Of a DNA stretch of 64,000 bases, positions 11,321 to 21,500 are shown in pieces. Below the pieces are notes generated by a model. It saw nothing but the letters and a program-made list of their open reading frames with translations, made no database searches and was not told the DNA's origin. Numbering within the stretch: position 1 is the first letter of the stretch; each line of letters opens with the position of its first letter. The position numbers were made by a program, and so were the translations under genes. The stretch is from Methanoregula sp. (GTDB taxonomy: Archaea > Halobacteriota > Methanomicrobia > Methanomicrobiales > Methanospirillaceae), in contig JBDKTL010000048.1 in assembly GCA_039698055.1 (NCBI GenBank), positions 32,001 to 96,000 of the forward strand. Direction: 5' to 3'.

Positions 11321-12069
11321 GAGTGTTCTCCATTCATAATTGATGAAAGAAACCCAATGCTCCGGTCAGCAGCAGCAAGTTCCCGGGTCTCCACGACAAG
11401 GGATACTTGCTTTGGAAGTTGCGATACCAGGCCGGAAAAATCGATCGTCCCATCACCGCACGCGAGATGATCGTCGCTTGTCCCGCCATTGTCGTGGAGG
11501 TGGACATGGCAATACATTCCTGCGGCAAGGAACGCATCAAGATTCCCGTTAAGCTGTGCATGGCCGCAGTCAAGCGTAAAAGCCAGGCCACGTTCTGAGA
11601 GTTCGGGAAGAAAATCCGGTGTCCGGAAATGGCAGCAGTCCCAACCCCCCATGTTCTCGACACAGACTTTAACACCGTGCTCATCCTGAAGAAGAGTCAG
11701 ATCATCCAGCGACCGCATCAGTGACTCGTGTGAACGGCCATGTACCTGATCATAGACAGAATAGCCCGGGTGAACGACGAGATGCTCTGCGCCAATGCGG
11801 GCACAGACCGCCATCACATCGCTAAGTACGGCGATCGAAGATCGCCGCATACGCTCGTTGACCGCTGCAATATTGACGTCGCTTGCCGGAGCATGGACGG
11901 AATACGTGAACGGGTATTCGCTGCACGGGGTGCTGTCTGACAGGAGATCGTGCAGCCCGTCGGAGAGGATTTCAATATGCGATGTGTGAGGGGCAAGGAT
12001 GGCGAGTGCCTCCTTAAGCGGACGGTCCATACAGCAGAATGTGGATATGAAAAAGGGCCTTTTATTCAT
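11317..12069 (-). CDS. AP endonuclease 2 / xylose-isomerase-like TIM-barrel metallohydrolase
   Basis: SVHAP, VVHPG, VENM, LDCGHA, HVHLHDN...DDH...GDG.IDF, VVE. Confidence 0.85.
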   Translation of the reverse strand: MNKRPFFISTFCCMDRPLKEALAILAPHTSHIEILSDGLHDLLSDSTPCSEYPFTYSVHAPASDVNIAAVNERMRRSSIAVLSDVMAVCARIGAEHLVVHPGYSVYDQVHGRSHESLMRSLDDLTLLQDEHGVKVCVENMGGWDCCHFRTPDFLPELSERGLAFTLDCGHAQLNGNLDAFLAAGMYCHVHLHDNGGTSDDHLACGDGTIDFSGLVSQLPKQVSLVVETRELAAADRSIGFLSSIMNGEHS

Positions 12070-12078
12070 GGTTCACTC

Positions 12079-13359
12079 TCATTTAGGTTCGTTCTTGCAG
12101 GACACTTTGTCCAGGTATTCGATGATCCCTTCAAAACTGCCGGTACACTGTGCACCGGCAGTGCAAAGGCCTGAAAGTGCGGCGACAGCGGCTCCTTTTA
12201 CAAAATCGTACGATGAAAAATCACGGCCTTCTGGCAGGTGGATAATGATCCGTGCCGGATCCGTCTCGCGGAGCATTGCAAGAACCGGAAGGTTGCCGGT
12301 CCCTACCGGATGAGAGGAAAGAATGAGGGGGTCTTTACGGGAGAGCAGGGCACGGAATTTTTCAAGGGAATGGTGAGGGATTTGCGAGAAGGGAAGGACC
12401 GGGATGCACGGGATGTTTAATGCTTTTGCCGTGAGGTAATCGGTATCTGTGGTTGCAATGATGCCCGCCGTGATATTGTATCCTTTACGGAAAAGGAAGT
12501 GCATGAGGTCAGTACCACTTCCCCCGCCGGAGATCACAACTATGTCCCGAATTTTATCCGGAGTGATATCCCTGTTTACGGTGGCAAGGGGCATCAGGAA
12601 GGTCCGGCCGGTAGCCGGGTGGACTGAAGTGATAACGTCCGCCCCATAGACCTCACGGATTTTTTCGGGCGTCAGGACTTTTGTGGGCATCCCGTCAACG
12701 ACAACACGGCCATCCTTGATCATGATAAGCCGGTCGCAGTAGAGTGCAGCCATGTTGAGGTCGTGGAATACCCCGATAATAGTGGAGCCTGACCCGGCCA
12801 GACCACGCATGAGCGACAGGACATCGGACTGGTGGGAGAGGTCAAGGTGCGATGTCGGCTCGTCAAGGAGGAGCACTTTTGTCTCCTGCGCAAGGGCACG
12901 TGCGATGAGCACACGCTGCCACTCCCCGCCGCTTAAGGTCCGGATTGAACGGTCGGCCAGGTGAGCGACGCCGGTCTCTTCAAGGGCCCGGTGGCACCGG
13001 GCATAATCGTCCGGTGCGAGCGCGGTAAATCTGCTGGTCCGGGCATACCGGGCCATCATGACGACCTGCAACACCGTATAAGAGAACGGGCGCCCTTCAT
13101 CCTGCGGGACAAAACCAAGCGCCATACCCAGTTCGGCCGGGGTATAATCGCTGACCGACTTTCCATCCAGTTCAAGGATACCGCTTGAGGGGATTACACG
13201 GCTGAACGCTTTAAGAAGAGTGGTTTTCCCCGAACCGTTTGGCCCGATGATGCCCGTAAAGGTACCTTCAGAAAACGAGCAGCTGACGGATTTTATGATA
13301 TCCACCATGTCGTAACCGGCATTGAGGTTCTCTGCGGTGATGTTGTGCCGGTCGTTCAT
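12079..13359 (-). CDS. btuD: Cobalamin/Fe3+-siderophore ABC ATP-binding protein (BtuD-like) with C-terminal extension
   Basis: GPNGSGKT, LSGGEWQRV, LLLDEPTSHLD, HDLN; extra domain IVVISGGGSG. Confidence 0.85.
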   Translation of the reverse strand: MNDRHNITAENLNAGYDMVDIIKSVSCSFSEGTFTGIIGPNGSGKTTLLKAFSRVIPSSGILELDGKSVSDYTPAELGMALGFVPQDEGRPFSYTVLQVVMMARYARTSRFTALAPDDYARCHRALEETGVAHLADRSIRTLSGGEWQRVLIARALAQETKVLLLDEPTSHLDLSHQSDVLSLMRGLAGSGSTIIGVFHDLNMAALYCDRLIMIKDGRVVVDGMPTKVLTPEKIREVYGADVITSVHPATGRTFLMPLATVNRDITPDKIRDIVVISGGGSGTDLMHFLFRKGYNITAGIIATTDTDYLTAKALNIPCIPVLPFSQIPHHSLEKFRALLSRKDPLILSSHPVGTGNLPVLAMLRETDPARIIIHLPEGRDFSSYDFVKGAAVAALSGLCTAGAQCTGSFEGIIEYLDKVSCKNEPK

Positions 13360-14303
13360 GTGGCCGTCCCCCGCTGGTAGATCAGCCAGATGAAGAACGG
13401 CGCACCGACAAACGCCGTAATGATCCCGACCGGCAGGTCAGAGAAAAACGTGCGGGCAATCGTGTCGGACAGGACAAGGAAAATTCCCCCTACAAGAATT
13501 GAAGCAGGGATGACGACCCGGTTGTCCGGGCCGATCAGCATCCGGACGATGTGCGGGGTGACCAACCCGATGAACCCAATCGATCCGGCAATTGAGACTG
13601 CCCCGGCGACAAGTATGGTGCTGCCGCCAAGCACTACCCAGCGTGCCCGTCCCGCATCAATGCCAAGGTGGGCGGCCGTTTCCTCGCCAAGCGAGAGGGC
13701 ATTGAGGTCCCGGCCCATGAAGAAGAGGAGTGCTCCTGCGGGGATGAGGATGCAGGCCGAGAGGATTGCATCGGATGGTGACGCGTTCCAGAAACCGCCC
13801 ATGAGCCAGAAGAGGATCTGGTGGACATTCTGGCCGGCTACTGCGATGAGGAACGAGACGAGTGCAGAAAAGAAGAACGAGACAGCGATGCCGGTAAGAA
13901 GCAGCGTCTCGACCGAGATTACACCTTTACGCCCGGCAATTGCCCAGACGATCAGGATAGCTACGACAGCGCCAATCCACGCAAAGATTGGGACGAAGAA
14001 CCCGCCAAGGAATACGATTGCCAAGGAAGCTCCAAGCGCCCCACCGGACGAGGTACCGAGGATGTACGGATCGGCCATTGGGTTCCTGAAGAGCGCCTGC
14101 ATCGCGGCACCGGCAACGGCAAGGCTTGCACCGACAAAAAATGCAGCGAGAACCCGGGGGAGCCGGATACTACCCACGATGTCAGCAGCCCCGGGTGCAG
14201 TAGAAACAAAACCGAATCCTGCCGGACCGGTAAACGTGCAGAGTATGATGGTCAGGATGGCTGCGATTATCAGGCCGATGATAAGAGGGATGGTTTTGGT
14301 CAA
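13356..14303 (-). CDS. btuC: FecCD/BtuC family permease
   Basis: IRLPRV, QALFRNPMADP..LG.SSG, G.IGFIGL..PHI.R, LPVGIITA..GAPFF; start codon uncertain (TTG). Confidence 0.88.
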   Translation of the reverse strand: MTKTIPLIIGLIIAAILTIILCTFTGPAGFGFVSTAPGAADIVGSIRLPRVLAAFFVGASLAVAGAAMQALFRNPMADPYILGTSSGGALGASLAIVFLGGFFVPIFAWIGAVVAILIVWAIAGRKGVISVETLLLTGIAVSFFFSALVSFLIAVAGQNVHQILFWLMGGFWNASPSDAILSACILIPAGALLFFMGRDLNALSLGEETAAHLGIDAGRARWVVLGGSTILVAGAVSIAGSIGFIGLVTPHIVRMLIGPDNRVVIPASILVGGIFLVLSDTIARTFFSDLPVGIITAFVGAPFFIWLIYQRGTAT

Positions 14304-14493
14304 AGCGGCTCATCACTCCATTTAGGTTTTGGTTTGCCGGATCATTCTTTGGGGGAAAGCCGGCGATGCACGTCCCTGGGATATGCGAAAACTGCCAATT
14401 GGGCGTGCCGGAGTTCAGTCGGTCGTCCGGCACGGCCGGTCACACCATAATAGTTTGTTCGTGAACAGACCAGGGCCGTAATTATCCCACCCG

Positions 14494-14859
14494 TTATGCT
14501 GCCTTTCCCGCAAGTGAGCGCTCCTGCATGAGAGCAAAACGGACAAATGCATCTCCGTCTTTAAGGGGTTCGGTTGCAAGCGATCTGTCGGCATCAGCGT
14601 CCGAACGGTACATCCGCACGTTGTTGCTTTCCTGCGCCGGGCATGAGTACCGGACTTCGAGCGGGTTCTCGTGCCCGTGAAGGCCGGGTTTGCGGGAATA
14701 GTTGTAGGCAAATGCAACTGCCCACTGGTTTTCCTGCATGTCGACATAGACTGTTCCAAAGAGATTCTGGTTGTCGTGCCGGATCATCACTTCATTTTCA
14801 AACTTCTCGATTTCCTGCTTTGTTGCCGGTTGTGGTTTGAATCCAAAAAATTTTGACAT
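14494..14859 (-). CDS. Hypothetical protein (121 aa)
   Basis: GAGGT RBS upstream; protein-like composition. Confidence 0.65.
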   Translation of the reverse strand: MSKFFGFKPQPATKQEIEKFENEVMIRHDNQNLFGTVYVDMQENQWAVAFAYNYSRKPGLHGHENPLEVRYSCPAQESNNVRMYRSDADADRSLATEPLKDGDAFVRFALMQERSLAGKAA

Positions 14860-15002
14860 TTGTTTACCTCACGCGTTTCGTTTGTGGTGTTTATCGTTCC
14901 GGATCATTCATGTCCTCTAAAAATCCCCGGGGCCGGGTGCAGGTGGCACCCGAGGATTGTAACGGGGAACAAGGGGAAAAAATAATAATTTCATCTCCCT
15001 CA

Positions 15003-15506
15003 TTATGGCAGGATGGTAGTCTGCGCTGTTGCGATCACTTTTCCGCTTCCTGAATCGTAGATCTCGATATTGACGGGTTCGCCGACAGATGGAGCCATAT
15101 ATCCTCCAAATGATGAGGCTGCAAAAGCATCTGCCCAATCGATTTTTATCTTGTCACCGGGCTGGATGGTCGTGTAAGTGATACCAACAGTATTTGTTGG
15201 CAGGTATGTCACATTATTCAGGTTAACCTGATGGCTGACATCCTTAAATAAGCCTGATGGAATGAATGTCTTGATAGTGATTGTACCACCACTGATGGGA
15301 TCACCACCGTTGTGATCAATATAGATTGATTCATCATTGTGCGCTTCCAGACCGATGTTTATCTGAGGTGTTTTTGATGTTGTCTGCGCCATTCCTCCGG
15401 AAAACGCACTTACAACCGCAGCGATGATGATGGTCACAACGAGCATCAGCATCACGCCAACAACAGGTGACACAGCCATTTCATGGGTATCGTTTTTTTG
15501 CATCAT
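15003..15506 (-). CDS. Archaeal type IV pilin (Pilin_N/DUF1628)
   Basis: Class III signal EMA|VSPVVGVMLMLVVTIIIAAVVSAF, H.GGDPI. Confidence 0.9.
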   Translation of the reverse strand: MMQKNDTHEMAVSPVVGVMLMLVVTIIIAAVVSAFSGGMAQTTSKTPQINIGLEAHNDESIYIDHNGGDPISGGTITIKTFIPSGLFKDVSHQVNLNNVTYLPTNTVGITYTTIQPGDKIKIDWADAFAASSFGGYMAPSVGEPVNIEIYDSGSGKVIATAQTTILP

Positions 15507-16273
15507 TACATCTCCACAAGAATATCTTTACTGTAAATGGTTGAGCCGGATTTCAAATCGATCAGCTTGACATTAACAATGTCATTGGCCGTGAGCAGGT
15601 TTCCGTCTTTTATAATCGGCGTAGCTCTGTTCTGGGCATCTCCCGTGCCTGCTACCGTGTTATCATTGTCTGCCTTGATGGAGTCACCCGGACGCAGGAC
15701 ATAATTTCCAAACCAGAGACTGGTCTCTTCACCAGCATTATCCGCAGGCATGTCTCCTGCAACCATGAGATACGGTGCATTGTAGTAAATTTCTCCGCCA
15801 GGTGAATCATACCCGTCAACAGCTAAAGTTTTAGGTGTCGCAATATAGTGGGTATTGAGTGAAGAGAGCACATAGTGTGCTGTAGCAGTTGTGCCATCAG
15901 ACTTGTCATAATATAATTCGGTTCCGGTGCCATTGTACTTCGGAGCGGTTGTCGATTGAATATGATATTCCCCGGTAGCATTTGCCCAGCTTGTTACCAG
16001 TTTTACATCTTTTGTATTGATGGGGTCACCACCCAGATGTTTCATCGTAAACTGCGGGCCTGAGGTTCCCGTATACATCGCATCACCCCAGGTAATATGA
16101 CAATCCAACGAAGCCTGCGGCGCTTTTTCCTTACCAGCGGCTAGTCCACCGGAGAATGCACTGACTACCGCCGCAATAATAATCGTCACAACAAGCATCA
16201 GCATCACACCGACCACCGGTGAAACTGCATATTCCTGTACGTTTCTCTTAGTGTGTTTCATTTTCATCTCCAA
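15506..16273 (-). CDS. Archaeal type IV pilin (Pilin_N/DUF1628)
   Basis: EYA|VSPVVGVMLMLVVTIIIAAVVSAF, HLGGDPI. Confidence 0.9.
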   Translation of the reverse strand: MEMKMKHTKRNVQEYAVSPVVGVMLMLVVTIIIAAVVSAFSGGLAAGKEKAPQASLDCHITWGDAMYTGTSGPQFTMKHLGGDPINTKDVKLVTSWANATGEYHIQSTTAPKYNGTGTELYYDKSDGTTATAHYVLSSLNTHYIATPKTLAVDGYDSPGGEIYYNAPYLMVAGDMPADNAGEETSLWFGNYVLRPGDSIKADNDNTVAGTGDAQNRATPIIKDGNLLTANDIVNVKLIDLKSGSTIYSKDILVEM

Positions 16274-16360
16274 ATCCTTGCCATCATGCGATGGGTAAAG
16301 ACACCCGTGAAAGTATCAGTAACCACATGGTCCACCCGTAGATGACACGATCAACTCAGG

Positions 16361-16406
16361 TTGAATTAAAACTATTTAAATTGATCATTTTTAATTGAAT
16401 TAAAAC
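16361..16406. promoter_or_regulatory. Direct repeat TTGAATTAAAAC x2 in the divergent pilin/pilus-assembly promoter
   Basis: Identical 12-mers at 16361-16372 and 16395-16406 flanking an AT-rich TATA-like stretch. Confidence 0.5.
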
Positions 16407-16477
16407 AAATAGACTTTTGTCGATGCAGGTAGCATACACTGGTTATCGTCGAATCATCAGAATCATGGGGTACCACT

Positions 16478-17305
16478 ATGCCAATTAATTATGAACGCAA
16501 ACAAAAACCGGAAAACGGCCAAGAAAAAGCCATATACATTTTTTTCCTCATATCTCTGGTATTCATCTCAGTTGGTGCCTCCGGTTGCATCAAACTCATG
16601 CAGCAATCTTCCGGAAGCGGCAACACCCAGACTCTTGAGGTTCTGAACCCGGATCCCACAAAAACCATTCCCACTACAGCCCCCGTCATCGCTGCACGGG
16701 AAAATCTCCCCACTCACCCAATCCTTTCCGCCACCACCACAACACCCAACCTGGTTACGGACGCCCCACCCATCCTCCCCCCGGATCTCTATCCCATTCA
16801 ACATGGAACACGGATCAATACAACACCGGAAAGTAATCTGCTTGACAGGCCCCCTGAATTCACCAGAACATATACCCTCAACGATAATGCCACAGGTATG
16901 ATCGTGAACGTGGCAAAAGGCCCCCTTATCATTTCATTCGATGTCAATCCTTTGTATGACTGTATCGAAAACCCGGACTCCTGCCGGGGAACTCTGGCAA
17001 GATCAGTCAACCTCCCATGGATGACAATTACCGTACGGGATAACCAGACACGCGGGATCGTCGCGGAGGAGGGATATGCACGGGAATACAGCTCGCAAAA
17101 AAACAATCGCACGATCAAAATATTTGGTGAAGGCCAGTACCACATCACCCTGGCTGGTGCTTATCTCGATGTCACCATCTCCCTTATCACCGGCGCCGCA
17201 CCATCCGTTCCAGATGCGCAATCACCCTCTGCAAGTCCGGCCCATGGTAAGACATTGTCACCAGAATACCTTCGCTATCTCAGGCAGTCCCGGGGTGGTG
17301 TATGA
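16478..17305 (+). CDS. Putative lipoprotein/surface protein heading the pilus assembly operon
   Basis: TM + ASGC lipobox-like motif, Pro/Thr-rich linker; ATGA overlap with the ATPase gene. Confidence 0.7.
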   Translation: MPINYERKQKPENGQEKAIYIFFLISLVFISVGASGCIKLMQQSSGSGNTQTLEVLNPDPTKTIPTTAPVIAARENLPTHPILSATTTTPNLVTDAPPILPPDLYPIQHGTRINTTPESNLLDRPPEFTRTYTLNDNATGMIVNVAKGPLIISFDVNPLYDCIENPDSCRGTLARSVNLPWMTITVRDNQTRGIVAEEGYAREYSSQKNNRTIKIFGEGQYHITLAGAYLDVTISLITGAAPSVPDAQSPSASPAHGKTLSPEYLRYLRQSRGGV

Positions 17306-19218
17306 AAATCCGTAAAAGATGGTCCATGCTTGCCTCAACCATTTCAGCAGGTGTGACCGGGTTATTACCTTCAATGAGTATGGAACGAAACTTTCCTGCT
17401 GATACTGTTACAGAACAGTCAGGAGATAACCAAGCCTATACCCGATATCTCTTTTTTGGGAATCTATCTGCATCAATTCGCCGCCTGCCCCACACATTGG
17501 GTAACCGCACGGATCATGGAGATCTCCTTATCCTCGCGGTATGCCTTATCGCAGTTGTTACCGGTTATGCCGCACTCTTAATCGATTTCCCACCGGTTGT
17601 ATTAGGCATCCTCGGTGCGGTCTCGCTCTCTGCACTCGCACTCGTCTCCAGTGCAGTATGGTACCGGTTGCATCATTCCGTTGCAAAATCCATGGAACCT
17701 GCACTGATGGGAACGATTTCTCCACAGACTCTCAGGCACACCCCCACCCCCGGGAACGTCCCTCATACACATGATATGGATGTACCGCTCCCGGAAGAGC
17801 GGGCGGTTGGAACCCTTGACACCTACTGGATTGAAGCCCCCGATGTCTATATAAAAATTATCCGTAAGGGAAACCAGGGATTTACCTACACGGTTGTCGA
17901 ACCCACGATCACCCGAAGGGAACAGGTCGTGTTGCGGGAAACTTCCATTCACTTGCGTAAAGTGATCGTCTACGACGATCCCGATAAACCTCCGGTGCAC
18001 CAGCTCAGCAAGGAGTCGGTCTATCGCATCATACGTGAATTCCATCCGGATATAACTGACGACCGGCTCGCCATCCTCTCCTATTACCTGCGGCGCGATC
18101 TCTCGGGGTTTGGCCCGCTCGAAGCCCTCATGCATGATCCGGCTCTTGAAGACATCAGCTGCAACGGAGACAACATGCCGGTCTTTGTCTTTCACCGGAC
18201 CTGGGGCAGCCTGCCCACCAGTGTCCTCTTCCGGGAGGGCGAACTCGACCAGTTTGTCCTGAAACTTGCACAGAAAGCCAACAAGCAGATCTCCCTGACA
18301 ACCCCGATGGTGGATGCAACCCTCCCGGGAGGCTCACGAGTCCAGGTCACGTACAGCAATGTCGTATCCCTGCGGGGCAGCTCGTTTACAATCCGTAAGT
18401 TTCGCACCGAGCCGATGACACCGCTTGACCTGATCCGGTTCGGGACGTACAACGCCGAGATTCTCGCGTTCCTCTGGCTGGTTATCGAGCACCGCAGGAG
18501 CCTGATCATTGCCGGGGGTACTGCAAGCGGCAAGACCTCGACAATGAATGCAATCTCGCTTTTCATTCCGCAGAACGCGAAGATCGTATCCCTTGAAGAT
18601 ACTCACGAGATCCAACTCCCTCACAGTAACTGGCTTGCCACCCAGACACGGGAACTCAACACGCACGGGGTCCAGGGCGACATCGATCTCTTCTCGCTTT
18701 TAAAATCCTCCATGCGACAGCGCCCCGAGTACATTATCGTCGGGGAAGTGAGAGGAAAAGAGGCCCAGACGCTCTTCCAGGCAATGAACACCGGGCATGC
18801 CACCCTGTCCACAATCCACGCGGGCAGCGTGCAGGAAACAATCAACCGGCTCACCCATGAGCCCATCAGTGTGCCCCCGGTCATGTTTACCGCGCTCGAT
18901 CTGGTAATCAACCAGTCGATCTCCACGTACGGCAACCGTCGGATACGCCGCTGTCTCGCCATCCATGAAATAACCGTGGATGGGCAAGGCACCATCATCC
19001 CCCATAAATTGTATGAATGGGATGTTCACGGAGATTCTTTCCGGAAAGTGTCTTTGTCCTCCCGGGTGCTCGAAGAAATTGCAACCATGCGGGGATGGAC
19101 ACAGGAGCAGGCCAATGAAGCCCTTAAAAAACGTGAGGAGTTCCTGAACATCGCCCTCGATGTTCCCATACCGGACATTCGCGATCTCGCCAATGCGATC
19201 CACGATCTCGGTGAATGA
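17302..19218 (+). CDS. Type IV pilus assembly ATPase (PilB/FlaI/VirB11 family) with N-terminal TM segments
   Basis: LEDISCNG, FTIRKF, GGTASGKTS, SLEDTHE, RQRPEYIIVGEVRG.EA, MNTGH..LSTIHA. Confidence 0.92.
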   Translation: MKIRKRWSMLASTISAGVTGLLPSMSMERNFPADTVTEQSGDNQAYTRYLFFGNLSASIRRLPHTLGNRTDHGDLLILAVCLIAVVTGYAALLIDFPPVVLGILGAVSLSALALVSSAVWYRLHHSVAKSMEPALMGTISPQTLRHTPTPGNVPHTHDMDVPLPEERAVGTLDTYWIEAPDVYIKIIRKGNQGFTYTVVEPTITRREQVVLRETSIHLRKVIVYDDPDKPPVHQLSKESVYRIIREFHPDITDDRLAILSYYLRRDLSGFGPLEALMHDPALEDISCNGDNMPVFVFHRTWGSLPTSVLFREGELDQFVLKLAQKANKQISLTTPMVDATLPGGSRVQVTYSNVVSLRGSSFTIRKFRTEPMTPLDLIRFGTYNAEILAFLWLVIEHRRSLIIAGGTASGKTSTMNAISLFIPQNAKIVSLEDTHEIQLPHSNWLATQTRELNTHGVQGDIDLFSLLKSSMRQRPEYIIVGEVRGKEAQTLFQAMNTGHATLSTIHAGSVQETINRLTHEPISVPPVMFTALDLVINQSISTYGNRRIRRCLAIHEITVDGQGTIIPHKLYEWDVHGDSFRKVSLSSRVLEEIATMRGWTQEQANEALKKREEFLNIALDVPIPDIRDLANAIHDLGE

Positions 19219-21052
19219 TATGACCCTTCATTCCATCCTTAAAAGGACCGGCACGAGGCTTGAAAATTTTGAGATGATCCTCTTGGGCACGCATCTCAGC
19301 CGGGATCTCCAGTCTGCCCACCTGCCGGTTACCGCAGAGCAGTACCTGCGCACAACACGGATCAATCTTGCCGCATCCGCTGCACTATTTCTGGGTTTTT
19401 TTGCACTGGTATCGTTGACCGGCTTCGACTTTGGACTTTTTATGTTCATCCCACCGCCCCTCTTCTGGATCCTCGTATTTCTCGGCATGGTGCCCGGGTT
19501 GTACCTGTTCCAGGTGTATTATCCGGTCATTATTGCCCGGGGAAGGAAAACCCGGATCGATCTCGAACTTTCCTATGCAGTCTCGTACATGCAGGCACTC
19601 TCCACCACGATGTCCCCGTTCGAAGTTATCCGGCGCATCTATGAAGAAAAGGCGATGTTTGGGGAAGTGTCCTGCGAGTTTGGCCAGATTGTAAGGGATG
19701 TGGAAATATTTGGCGACGATCTGCTCACGGCCTTGCGAAACCTCCAGCAGACCACGCCCTCGCCACTCATGCGGGATTTTCTCAATGATTTGGGCATCGT
19801 CTTTGAGAGCGGGGGTGACATTACCGCTTACCTTTCGTCAAAAACGGATTACTTCCATGAACAGGCACGGCGTGAACTTGACGTGGTGCTTAAAACGATC
19901 GAGATCATGGCCGAGGTGTATGTCTCGGCGTTTGTTGCCGGGCCGATCGCGTTGATCATCATGATTGTTGCACAGGGCATGACCAGCAAGGGAACGATGG
20001 CATGGCTCCTGCCATTCATGTATCTCTGCATACCGGCAGGTGCAATTCTCATGATCTGGATCCTCTCCCTTATGTTACCTTCGGAAAACCTTGAGATCAG
20101 CAGGCACGGGATCAGGGAGTTTGATTCCAGTTCAGGTGTTCCCATACTGGCGGGTAATACCCCGGGCGATCGTGAGTTCTACCAGCATATCGAAGCAAAG
20201 AAAAAACGGTTCCGGATATACGACCAGCTGCGTCACCCTTTCCGTACTTATATTTCCCATTACACGTACGGGATAATCGCCGGCAGTACCTGTGCCGGGT
20301 TGTTCGCGGTTCTTCTCCTCACCGGTTCACTTGAAAAACTGTTCCCGAAAACTGCGTTCGAGGCGAGTGTCTGCATGCTCGTCATCGGCTTTGTGGCACC
20401 AATTTCGCTCGCGTATGAAGGGCGCCGGTGGTATGTCAATAATATCGAGGAGCATATTCCGGAATTCCTGCGGGAACTCTCCGATATGAAAGAGATCGGG
20501 CTTACACTCCCGGATGCCATCCAGCGGATTTCATCTGCCAAACTGGGTCTTTTGAGCTTGGAACTCTCGCACGTATCCCGGGATGTCGGTACCGGTGCCT
20601 ATGTGAATTTCGCCCTTATCCGGATGGAAGAACGCATCGGGCTTATATCGGTCAAACGGGCGATCTCGCTGCTGGTCAAGGCAAGCGAGATCACCTCCAA
20701 CCTGAGCCAGATACTCCTGATTGCCATTGCAGACTTTGAACACTACCTCCGGATGAAGCGCGAACGGTCCAATACGGCAATCGTCTATGTCATGATCATT
20801 TACCTGTCTTTTGGCATTTACCTCTATACGGCGTACCAGCTCAACGGACCCTTCATGTCGAGCTTCCTGACGTACAATATCAATTTCAATCCTGCCCAGA
20901 ACGTTACCGATATGTTCAGGATCGGCATCATCCTTGGCCTGTTCTCCGGTATCATGGCCGGACAGTTCAGTTCGAACAGCATTCTTGCCGGGTTCAAGCA
21001 CAGTATTGTCCTGCTCGCAGCGGCGGTAGCGATGTTTGTATTTATCATCTGA
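19211..21052 (+). CDS. Type IV pilus platform protein (PilC/TadC/FlaJ, duplicated T2SSF domains); start uncertain
   Basis: Two T2SSF-like domains (FGEVSCEF..IVRDVEIFG.DL..AL, IPEFLRELS), multiple TMs; follows the ATPase. Confidence 0.88.
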   Translation: MNDMTLHSILKRTGTRLENFEMILLGTHLSRDLQSAHLPVTAEQYLRTTRINLAASAALFLGFFALVSLTGFDFGLFMFIPPPLFWILVFLGMVPGLYLFQVYYPVIIARGRKTRIDLELSYAVSYMQALSTTMSPFEVIRRIYEEKAMFGEVSCEFGQIVRDVEIFGDDLLTALRNLQQTTPSPLMRDFLNDLGIVFESGGDITAYLSSKTDYFHEQARRELDVVLKTIEIMAEVYVSAFVAGPIALIIMIVAQGMTSKGTMAWLLPFMYLCIPAGAILMIWILSLMLPSENLEISRHGIREFDSSSGVPILAGNTPGDREFYQHIEAKKKRFRIYDQLRHPFRTYISHYTYGIIAGSTCAGLFAVLLLTGSLEKLFPKTAFEASVCMLVIGFVAPISLAYEGRRWYVNNIEEHIPEFLRELSDMKEIGLTLPDAIQRISSAKLGLLSLELSHVSRDVGTGAYVNFALIRMEERIGLISVKRAISLLVKASEITSNLSQILLIAIADFEHYLRMKRERSNTAIVYVMIIYLSFGIYLYTAYQLNGPFMSSFLTYNINFNPAQNVTDMFRIGIILGLFSGIMAGQFSSNSILAGFKHSIVLLAAAVAMFVFII

Positions 21053-21065
21053 TTGAGAGGGACCC

Positions 21066-21500
21066 ATGCACACAAACGGCAATAACGGCACCGCAGTTTC
21101 TGAAGTGGTCGGGGAAATGCTCATGATCGGGATTGTGCTCATCCTCGTTTCCGTCTTTTCCGCATCGCTCCCCAATTACCTCCCCTCAGAGCGCAGCCCG
21201 ACGGTTACCATCATGATGAGCAACGATACCGGGGGAAATATAACTCTCTGGCATAAAGGTGGGGACTGGGTAAAGACCGATATACTGAAGATCATTGTCT
21301 CGGACAAAAACGATCATATGACAACCTATACGCTGAAGAGTACCCCCCCATTCATTCCTGTACCCGGCACCCGGGCGTTTGACCTCGATGGAAACCTTAC
21401 TATAATCCCGGGGTATCCATTGGATGGTAACGAGAGCGTTGTCCTTGCCACCGATCGTGCAGTCATCTTCTCCGGTACCGTGGGGCGCGGGTCACCATGA
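21066..21500 (+). CDS. Minor type IV pilin
   Basis: GTA|VSEVVGEMLMIGIVLILVSVF, HKGGDW. Confidence 0.85.
   Translation: MHTNGNNGTAVSEVVGEMLMIGIVLILVSVFSASLPNYLPSERSPTVTIMMSNDTGGNITLWHKGGDWVKTDILKIIVSDKNDHMTTYTLKSTPPFIPVPGTRAFDLDGNLTIIPGYPLDGNESVVLATDRAVIFSGTVGRGSP

Noticed and set aside
14310-14490. Cobalamin riboswitch upstream of btuC
   Set aside because: A 9-bp stem exists (14404-14412/14426-14434), but the conserved GGGAA / GCCCCCGC.ACTGT B12-element motifs are not visible
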